From Bryobacterales bacterium (GTDB taxonomy: Bacteria > Acidobacteriota > Terriglobia > Bryobacterales > Bryobacteraceae), in NCBI GenBank assembly GCA_963722155.1, contig CAVRLR010000001.1:354292-418291 (forward strand): DNA of 64,000 nt, in the 5' to 3' direction. Of this stretch, positions 56,828 through 64,000 are shown in pieces. The translations under genes were made by a program, and so were the position numbers. The notes below the pieces were generated by a model that saw only the letters and a program-made list of their open reading frames with translations, had not been told where the DNA came from and made no database searches. The stretch's first letter is position 1, and each line of letters starts with the position of its first letter.

Positions 56828-59461
56828 ATGACCTGGTGGAAACGGCGAAGCAATCGTTTGGATGATGAAATCCAAAAGCACATAGAGTTCGAGATCGAGC
56901 AAAACATTGCGGCCGGGATGTCGGCCGCTGAGGCACGCTCGGCAGCATTGAAAAAATTCGGCAATGTCTCGCTGGCTAAGGAAGAGTCGCGCGAAATCTG
57001 GGGATGGCTCTGGCTCGAGCGGCTGTGGCAGGATGGCGTCTACGGCCTGCGCGGTCTGGCGCATAATCCGAGCTTTACGGTTGTAGCCTTGCTGTCGCTC
57101 ATGCTCGGTATCGGCGCGAGCACCGCCTTGTTCAGCGTCGTGTATGGCGTTCTCATTGCACCCTATCCCTACCAGAAGCCGAACGAAATTTGGGCTCCGG
57201 CCATCGTTAGTCCTAAAGAACCATCGAACGGCTGGCGCCAGTATCCTCGCCGCGAATTTCCCGCAATTCAAAAGCTGCCGGGCGTCGCGACAGCGATGGC
57301 GACGACGTACGAACCAACCCTGCTCACCGGCGATGGCAGCCCGGAAAGTTTCTACGGCGTCCTCGTTACAGGCAATGCATTTGAATTCCTCGGAGTGAAA
57401 CCCCTGGTTGGCCGTACAATTCAGCCGTTCGATGTTCGGCCGGACGGCACGCCGGAGCCGGTAGTCGTCCTGAATTATGAGTTCTGGCAGCGCATATTCA
57501 ATGGCGACGCCGACGCCATTGGCAAAAAGTTGATATTGAACGATGTGCCGCGCACCGTAGTCGGCGTGATGCCGCCGCGCTTCGGCTGGTTCACCGACGA
57601 CTCGTTCTGGATGCCGATGAGCATGGACTTGACCGACGAAACGCCGCTGAACGTCATTGTGCGGCTACAGCCTGGCATAAGTAAAGAGGTGGTTGAGCAG
57701 CAATTGCAGGGCCTGAACTTGCGCCTGGCCGCGGAAAAACCGCAGGACTTTCCCAAAGGCGGTTTTCGAACTTCCCTACTGAACTACATGGACATCACGG
57801 TCGCCAGCGGCGCCATGAAATCGAGCTTGCATCTATTGCTGGTCGCGGTCGGATTTCTCTTGCTCATTGCTTGTGTCAACGTAGCCAATCTACAACTGGC
57901 TCGCACCACAGCCCGCGCGCGCGAAATCGCAGTGCGATTGTCGGTCGGGGCCAGCCGCCCGCGGCTCGTGCGCCAATTACTTACGGAAAGTGTTCTGCTG
58001 TCGGTATTGGGCGGAGCCCTGGGCGTCCTGTTCGCAATCGCGGCCACGCGCGCGATTGCCGCGCTGATGCCGGATTTCTACAAACCCAACGAAGCCCGCA
58101 TCACGATGAATATTTACGTCCTTTTGTTTTCGCTTGGCGTGTCGATCCTGACGGGAATCCTTTTCGGCTTGACGCCCGCGCTCCGCTGTTCCCGTCCCGA
58201 TCTGGCCGGAACTTTAAAGGATGGCGGAAGAGGCTCGGTAGGGAGCGCCGGTGGACAGAAAGTGCGTGGCTGGCTGGTGGCCGCGGAAGTGGCGCTTTCC
58301 GTCATCCTGCTTGCCGGCGCGAGCCTTGCAATCCGCAGCTTCGGGCAGTTGACGCGGATCGATCCCGGCTTTCAGCCGCAGAAAACCCTGATGGTGAACG
58401 TCCCCCTGCCGCCCAAACGCTATGCCACGCTCGAGCGTCGAAATCGGTTCGCCCGTAGCTTGCTCGAAAGCGTTAGCGTTCTACCCGGCGTCGAAGCCGC
58501 GGCTCTCGGAAACGGTGGTATGCCGTTCGGCGGCCCGCGATCGGCTTATTCGATCGATGGACAGCTCAAGAAGGAAGATGGCCGCATCGTAGTCGGCTTT
58601 ATCAGCAACGATTATCCCCGAACTCTTGGAATTCCGCTCAAACGGGGAAGGACACTCACCGCCGAGGAAGTAGCAGATGGCACCCATGTAGCGCTTATCA
58701 ATCAAACCGCCGCCAAATTATGGTCGCGCAGAGAAAATCCCTTGGGCAGACGCATTCGACTCGATCTACTGAGCAAGCCCGGAGGGTCGCAGCTTTTGAT
58801 CCCGGCTGGAAGCACACCTGACGTCACCGTTGTCGGTATTCTCGGCGATACCGCCAACGCGGGTTTGCGCGAGGCGACTCTGCCGGCGGTATACGTTCCT
58901 TACACTCTACTTGCGCCCCCAACGCGCGTGCTGGCGGTGCGAACGTTTGGTGACCCTCTGAGCGTTCTGAACGCCGTACGGCAGAAGGTAAGAGATCTCG
59001 ACAAGGACCAGCCGTTGGCACGGCCCATAACCCTGGAACAGATACTCGGGTTTCAAACGGTGCAGCCGCGTTTCAACATGGCGCTCTTCAGTTGCTTCGC
59101 GGCGCTTGGCCTGGCACTCGCCGCGATCGGAATTTACAGCGTGATTTCCTACGGTGTCGCGCAGCGCATGCACGAGATCGGCGTGCGCATGGCACTCGGC
59201 GCCAGACGCGGCGACGTCCTTGTAATAGTGCTTCGCATGGTAGCCAAAGTTGCGGCCGTTGGACTGGCTATCGGCCTTTGCGGAAGCATAGCGCTCGAGC
59301 GCGTCGTGCGATTCCAGGTGTTCGCAGCGACTTCGTTCGATTTCGCTGCGCTCGCCGGAGTAGTTCTCGTGCTTTCCGTCGTTGCCCTACTCGCCGCCTG
59401 GTTACCCGCCAGACGTGCCGCCGGACTGGATCCGGTTACGGCGCTTCGGCACGAGGCTTAG
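56828..59461 (+). CDS. duplicated FtsX-like ABC permease (ADOP type)
   Basis: 877 aa with two MacB-like periplasmic / FtsX units. NVANLQLARTTARAREIAVRLSVGASR and MHEIGVRMALGARR are present. It follows a PadR gene, as is typical for this family. Confidence 0.9.
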   Translation: MTWWKRRSNRLDDEIQKHIEFEIEQNIAAGMSAAEARSAALKKFGNVSLAKEESREIWGWLWLERLWQDGVYGLRGLAHNPSFTVVALLSLMLGIGASTALFSVVYGVLIAPYPYQKPNEIWAPAIVSPKEPSNGWRQYPRREFPAIQKLPGVATAMATTYEPTLLTGDGSPESFYGVLVTGNAFEFLGVKPLVGRTIQPFDVRPDGTPEPVVVLNYEFWQRIFNGDADAIGKKLILNDVPRTVVGVMPPRFGWFTDDSFWMPMSMDLTDETPLNVIVRLQPGISKEVVEQQLQGLNLRLAAEKPQDFPKGGFRTSLLNYMDITVASGAMKSSLHLLLVAVGFLLLIACVNVANLQLARTTARAREIAVRLSVGASRPRLVRQLLTESVLLSVLGGALGVLFAIAATRAIAALMPDFYKPNEARITMNIYVLLFSLGVSILTGILFGLTPALRCSRPDLAGTLKDGGRGSVGSAGGQKVRGWLVAAEVALSVILLAGASLAIRSFGQLTRIDPGFQPQKTLMVNVPLPPKRYATLERRNRFARSLLESVSVLPGVEAAALGNGGMPFGGPRSAYSIDGQLKKEDGRIVVGFISNDYPRTLGIPLKRGRTLTAEEVADGTHVALINQTAAKLWSRRENPLGRRIRLDLLSKPGGSQLLIPAGSTPDVTVVGILGDTANAGLREATLPAVYVPYTLLAPPTRVLAVRTFGDPLSVLNAVRQKVRDLDKDQPLARPITLEQILGFQTVQPRFNMALFSCFAALGLALAAIGIYSVISYGVAQRMHEIGVRMALGARRGDVLVIVLRMVAKVAAVGLAIGLCGSIALERVVRFQVFAATSFDFAALAGVVLVLSVVALLAAWLPARRAAGLDPVTALRHEA

Positions 59462-60891
59462 AGAGCACTCAGAAACGCTATCAAATCTTGTTTCTCCTGC
59501 GAAGAAAATCCAATATGGAAGCGAGTATTGTAGAAGTCCACCACGTCTCCGAGATTTCGCGCTGATCCGTTATGAAAGTAGGGGGCCCGGCTTGAGAGCC
59601 CGCGCAGCACGGGACCTTTGAGCCTCCCGATGTCCTTCCAAGCCCCGGTAATTAGAGCACGTCCCGGATCGGTTGTTCGAATCGTTTCAGAAGTTGTCTT
59701 GTTCTGAAGAGTAAACACCGGTAGATAACTGACGTCTAATGGGCTGTCAGTGTCTCCTACGCCGATGTTCAAAGGTACGGGTAAGGAATGATTACCAATA
59801 GCCGGTGAATCGTGGCACGTTCCGCAAGTGCCCGGTATCGATGCCAGATTCAAGTCATCGTTCAGCCCGGCCACTCGAGTGATATCGATCGCCTTCGAAT
59901 TGAAAATGGCCTCGCCTCTGGCGATGCTTTCGCGGCGCGCCCGAGCGTGTCCGAAGAAATCAAAGGGAACTCCAGCAACATGCGTCCAGCTATCGAACAA
60001 CTCGAAAATTGTTGCAGTGAAAGGAATATTTTTCGGATTTCCACCTAGCGGATCGTTGATCCCCACGAAGAAATCAGGCATGGCATGTTGGCCCAGAAAG
60101 ACCGGCCCGCCATCCACCCCTCCGTTGTTTAAGGCGCCCGCCTGGTAGTCATAGGCCTGTGCAGTGGTCAACGACATCTCAAAATCGACAATTTCCTTTT
60201 GTTGCGCAGCCGTCAATGGAATCGAGCCCTGGGCATGGCCGCTGGTAGCGTCGAGCGCTTGGTGTGCGAGATCAGCCAGCAGGTCCGAAGGATTCGTCGC
60301 GTACGTGATTTTTTGCGTCCCTGTTTGTGGGCTTGACTCGCGCGCGTCCCACATGATGGCGCTCTGAAACCGCAAGTTTGTGCTCGGAATAGGCCGCCTG
60401 TAAAGAGAGAGCGTGGAGGCGCTGTCGCATCCATACGGATTCTCCACGTTTGTCACCGTAAACTCGGCACTATTCGGTACTGCGAGTTCGATGCGAATGA
60501 GCCCTCGATCAAGCAACAGGCTGTATGCCCTACGTCTCCCGGAGAGAGTGCTGGTGTCTACGTGGTCGTTGCAGTTTGATCCATCCACCGTTCTGAAAAG
60601 CGGGTCTTTGCCGAGCGTCAGTTCGAAGCGCAGTCTCACCTCATCACTCGACAGGCTCCAGCCCTGCCCCGGCCTGTGGCAGGTCCCGCAACTTCGTCCG
60701 TTTGTGCCTAACGGTTGAAAGAACGGCCCGGACAGACTGATCGGCCCGCCGGCCGTATTATATGTCTCAAGAAAGCCCGTGGAGTTCAAAAACGGGAACA
60801 GGTTTGGCAGAGTTTCCGCAGCTGCCGGGGACTGCGACACAAGAGTTCCGGCGACAGCCAATAGCGCGACACGTTGGCGCCATTTCTTCAT
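59458..60891 (-). CDS. di-heme cytochrome c peroxidase family protein
   Basis: Two CxxCH sites (CGTCHRPGQ, CGTCHDSPA) and a signal peptide from the ATG at 60891 (MKKWRQRVALLAVAG). Confidence 0.8.
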   Translation of the reverse strand: MKKWRQRVALLAVAGTLVSQSPAAAETLPNLFPFLNSTGFLETYNTAGGPISLSGPFFQPLGTNGRSCGTCHRPGQGWSLSSDEVRLRFELTLGKDPLFRTVDGSNCNDHVDTSTLSGRRRAYSLLLDRGLIRIELAVPNSAEFTVTNVENPYGCDSASTLSLYRRPIPSTNLRFQSAIMWDARESSPQTGTQKITYATNPSDLLADLAHQALDATSGHAQGSIPLTAAQQKEIVDFEMSLTTAQAYDYQAGALNNGGVDGGPVFLGQHAMPDFFVGINDPLGGNPKNIPFTATIFELFDSWTHVAGVPFDFFGHARARRESIARGEAIFNSKAIDITRVAGLNDDLNLASIPGTCGTCHDSPAIGNHSLPVPLNIGVGDTDSPLDVSYLPVFTLQNKTTSETIRTTDPGRALITGAWKDIGRLKGPVLRGLSSRAPYFHNGSARNLGDVVDFYNTRFHIGFSSQEKQDLIAFLSAL

Positions 60892-61035
60892 GAGCGATTT
60901 CTCCTGACGACACCTGCAAGTATCGGCCAAAAAGTTACACATAAATACACTTTTTGGTTTCTCAGTACTAAAACGCAAGCCCATCCGCGGTCCTTAGGCC
61001 GCCCGGATCTAAGCGAGACCGGAACAAATCGTAAA

Positions 61036-61527
61036 ATGGAACCGGGAATGAGCAAGTTCTACACTCGCTCCGAGCTTCTCGCGCAGCGCCGGGCCTGGAA
61101 GTCGGAATCGAAGAAGGTTGTATTTACCAATGGCTGTTACGACATCCTGCATCCCGGGCACATTCGTTTGCTGGAGCGCGCACGGTCTCTCGGTGACGTT
61201 CTCATCCTCGCGCTGAATACTGACTCGAGCGTCCAGCGGCTCAAGGGCCCCACTAGACCCTTTTTTGATGAGCGCTCCAGAGCCACATTGGCTCTACTTC
61301 TGGAAGCGGTAGACGCCGTCACACTATTTGATGAAGACACGCCGCGCGAGCTCATTGCCGAGGTTTTACCTGACGTGCTCGTGAAAGGCGCGGATTGGGC
61401 ACATTTCATCGCCGGGCGCGAGGAAGTCGAAGCGGCCGGGGGCCAGGTATATGCGCTGCCTCTTGAACCCGGATATTCAACGACTGATATCGCGGAGAAG
61501 ATTCTCTCGCGGCAGCATACGGCGTGA
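61036..61527 (+). CDS. hldC: D-glycero-beta-D-manno-heptose 1-phosphate adenylyltransferase (RfaE domain II type)
   Basis: VVFTNGCYDILHPGHIRLLERARSLGDVLILALNTDSSVQRLKG. The start is either the ATG at 61036 or the one at 61048. Confidence 0.85.
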   Translation: MEPGMSKFYTRSELLAQRRAWKSESKKVVFTNGCYDILHPGHIRLLERARSLGDVLILALNTDSSVQRLKGPTRPFFDERSRATLALLLEAVDAVTLFDEDTPRELIAEVLPDVLVKGADWAHFIAGREEVEAAGGQVYALPLEPGYSTTDIAEKILSRQHTA

Positions 61528-64000
61528 CCCACCCCGCCACCCGAGAGTTTCTGCAGTCCGCCGCCAGGCAGCCCGCCTTTCAAAGTCTGCTTCAATCCCT
61601 AATCCGCTCTGAGCGTGGCCCATTTTCCGTTTCCGGCCTCGTCAACACCGCCAAAGCGCTCTACATCGTCCTGCTGTACCAGGCCACCGAGAAACCGGTC
61701 TTCGTTCTGGTCGACGGCAACAAGCAGGCCGAAACGCTGCTCGAATCCATTGAGGTCTTTTTCGGTCTACTGTTCGAAGGGCGCGATCTGCCGGCTCCTC
61801 AGCTTGTCCCCGCTCTGGATGTGCTGCCGCACCAGCGGCTGTCCCCTCACAACGAAATCGAGGAAAAGCGCGCCATCGCCTTGTGGCGGCTTTCCACGCA
61901 GCGAGTTCCCATCACCATTGCACCGGTGGCGTCCGCCCTGCTGCGTACTGAATCCGCCGAGTTCTACGGCCAACTCGCCCTCACAATGCGCACCGGCGAC
62001 GAACTTCCGCTCGAAGATTTGGTTCAACACCTCGAAAGCATCGGTTACGAGCGTCGCGAGCCGGTCGAAATGGTCGGTGAATACTCTGTTCGCGGTGGCA
62101 TCTTGGACGTCTTTCCGGCCGAGAACTCACGTCCCGCGCGCGTCGAATTCTTTGGGGATGAAGTCGAATCCATTCGCCAGTTCGATGTTGCATCGCAGCG
62201 CTCGGTGCTCAAGGTTGCAAGCGTTACACTGCTCCCTCTTGCCGAATATCCGCGTTCACGCTCTCTCCTTCGCCAACTCGCCGAAGCTGCCGACAACCTG
62301 GATCTCGAATTATCCAATCCCGGCGAGACGTTTCCGGGTTGGGAATTTTTAGTTCCGCTGGTGCGCCCCCGATCGCACAATCTTCTTTCTCTCAGCGCCG
62401 ATTCGATTGTCGTAATGGATGAACCGCTCGACATCGCCTCCGCTGCCGACCGGCTTTGGCAGCGCCTCGAAAATCCCGAGCGACCCGCACTACTCTCACC
62501 CGCCGAGAACTTTCTTGCCTGGACTCAATGGAATGACAATCTGAAAGACCGCACGACGATCAGTTTCGAAAAATTGCCGCTCACAGGTGCTGCACATTTC
62601 GATATTCCTACGAGGCCCTCGCTGACCTTTCAGGGGAATATTCCCGTCGCCCTCGCAGAAGCCCGTAATCTGATTCAAGCCGCCAACCGCATCGCGTTCT
62701 TCGCGCCTTCGACTGGCGAAATCGAGCGCCTCGCCGATGTGCTCCAGGAGTACGCCCTTCCCTACCAACTAGGTCTCGAATCCAGCACGGGCGCCCGGTC
62801 CGCGCTCACCGAGCGCGCCTATCATGCAGGCGCCCTGGCAAGCACCTTCCTGATCAAAGGCCATATCCGCCGTGGCGCTGTGCTGCTCGATTCGCAAATC
62901 GCCTTCATCGGATCGGAAGATCTCTTCGAAACTTCGGACTTAATCGCGCGTCAGCCTTCTAAATCCCAATTGGCCGCGTTCGCCGCCGATGTCGCGGACC
63001 TGAAGCCAGGCGATTTCGTGGTCCACACTACCCACGGCGTGGGACGATTTCTCGGCATCCGCGAGTTGACGCAGGGCGATCAGACAGGCGATTTCATGCT
63101 GATCGAGTACGCCGCCGAATCAAAGCTCTATGTCCCGCTCGCCCGCCTCGATCTTGTCCAGAAGTATCGCGGGGCCGGTGAAGGCGCGCCTTCGCTCGAT
63201 CGCCTCGGCGGCGTCACTTGGGAAAAGACCAAATCGCGCGTAAAGGCCAAAATGCGCGACATGGCGGATGAGTTGTTGAAGCTCTACGCCCAGCGCCGCA
63301 TGAGCAAGGGTTTTTCTTTTTCGCCGGATAGCAATTGGCAGCGCGAATTCGAAGACGCTTTCGAATATGCTCCCACCAAGGATCAGCTGAACGCCGTCGC
63401 CCGCATCAAGGCGGATATGGAGGAAGAGCAGCCGATGGATCGCCTGCTCTGCGGTGATGTTGGTTTCGGCAAGACCGAGGTGGCCATGCGTTCCGCCTTC
63501 AAAGCGCTCGGCGATGGCAAACAAGTGGCAATCCTCGCTCCCACCACCGTTCTCTCGTTTCAACATTACGAGACATTCCGCCGCCGCTTCGCCTCTTTTC
63601 CGATTCGCGTCGAGTTGGTCAGCCGTTTTCGCACCCCGAAAGAGGTGAAGGCAACACTCGAAGATCTGGCCGCCGGCAAGGTCGACATACTTATCGGGAC
63701 GCATCGCCTGCTTTCGAAAGACGTGATCTTCCACGACCTTGGCCTGCTCATTGTCGACGAAGAACAGCGTTTCGGAGTTCGCCACAAAGAGCGGCTCAAG
63801 CAACTCCGGCACAACGTGGATGTGCTCACGATGAGCGCCACTCCCATCCCCCGTACTCTGCATATGTCGCTGCTGGGCTTACGTGATATGTCGGTGATCG
63901 AGACGCCGCCGAAAGATCGTCTGTCAATCAATACGGTCGTAGCTCACTTCGACTCCAACCTCATTAAGACAGCGATTGAACAGGAGCTGGCGCGCCAGGG
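61524..64000 (+). CDS. mfd: transcription-repair coupling factor, 3' end beyond the right edge
   Basis: The GTG at 61524 overlaps the hldC stop (GTGA). Frame 0 is open to the window end. It has the UvrB-homology N-terminus, then the helicase motifs LCGDVGFGKTEVA, VDEEQRFGV and MSATPIPRT. It is absent from the ORF track because there is no stop in the window. Confidence 0.9.
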   Translation, partial: MTHPATREFLQSAARQPAFQSLLQSLIRSERGPFSVSGLVNTAKALYIVLLYQATEKPVFVLVDGNKQAETLLESIEVFFGLLFEGRDLPAPQLVPALDVLPHQRLSPHNEIEEKRAIALWRLSTQRVPITIAPVASALLRTESAEFYGQLALTMRTGDELPLEDLVQHLESIGYERREPVEMVGEYSVRGGILDVFPAENSRPARVEFFGDEVESIRQFDVASQRSVLKVASVTLLPLAEYPRSRSLLRQLAEAADNLDLELSNPGETFPGWEFLVPLVRPRSHNLLSLSADSIVVMDEPLDIASAADRLWQRLENPERPALLSPAENFLAWTQWNDNLKDRTTISFEKLPLTGAAHFDIPTRPSLTFQGNIPVALAEARNLIQAANRIAFFAPSTGEIERLADVLQEYALPYQLGLESSTGARSALTERAYHAGALASTFLIKGHIRRGAVLLDSQIAFIGSEDLFETSDLIARQPSKSQLAAFAADVADLKPGDFVVHTTHGVGRFLGIRELTQGDQTGDFMLIEYAAESKLYVPLARLDLVQKYRGAGEGAPSLDRLGGVTWEKTKSRVKAKMRDMADELLKLYAQRRMSKGFSFSPDSNWQREFEDAFEYAPTKDQLNAVARIKADMEEEQPMDRLLCGDVGFGKTEVAMRSAFKALGDGKQVAILAPTTVLSFQHYETFRRRFASFPIRVELVSRFRTPKEVKATLEDLAAGKVDILIGTHRLLSKDVIFHDLGLLIVDEEQRFGVRHKERLKQLRHNVDVLTMSATPIPRTLHMSLLGLRDMSVIETPPKDRLSINTVVAHFDSNLIKTAIEQELARQ

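Noticed and set aside
61615-63931. Track ORFs 61615-62352 (+), 63120-63863 (-) and 63566-63931 (-)
   Set aside because: They are out of frame with, or antisense to, mfd. The mfd frame (from the GTG at 61524) is open to the window end and carries the helicase motifs.
1-64000. CRISPR arrays, long tandem repeats, additional rRNA / tRNA genes
   Set aside because: No regularly spaced direct repeats or further cloverleaf candidates were noticed while reading both strands. This is a visual scan, not an exhaustive search.

Overview
This 64-kb window looks like chromosomal DNA from a high-GC, probably Acidobacteria-like bacterium. That placement is an inference from a PadR plus ADOP-type FtsX permease pair, a TIGR03437-like C-terminal domain and GT9 heptosyltransferases. 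All family calls come from motif recognition in the supplied translations and my own reading of both strands; nothing was searched.

Layout:
- 1-25.6 kb: core genes. These are a hybrid histidine kinase, a decayed sugar-utilisation patch, SDR and Zn-ADH dehydrogenases, malQ, nuoB, and a thyX/dut/dcd cluster.
- 25.65-36.2 kb: a composite mobile island lying between tRNA-Ala(CGC) and tRNA-Sec (selC). It carries two tyrosine integrases, an IS6-family element, an orphan HK97 capsid gene and several degraded genes.
- 36.2-64 kb: core genes again. These are obg-rpmA-rplU, acnA, argS, fdx, a GH3 enzyme, a 10-gene co-directional block running from LPS heptosyltransferases to queF/galT, PadR plus an ADOP-type permease, a di-heme peroxidase, hldC and mfd.

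Most interesting observation: an operon encoding an ECF sigma factor, an anti-sigma factor, an unknown 294-aa protein and an exported TPR-CHAT protease (11288-15948). A related anti-sigma/CHAT/S41-peptidase module sits inside the island, where IS6 has disrupted it. Together they suggest a CHAT-protease-gated sigma switch, similar in logic to the Csx29/Csx30/RpoE arm of type III-E CRISPR but with no CRISPR present.

Caveat: at least four conserved genes carry single-base frame disruptions (the DUF5107 gene twice, dut, fdx, and possibly an excisionase). These are either real pseudogenisation or indel errors in the assembly, and read-level data are needed to decide.

No CRISPR array or long tandem repeat was seen.
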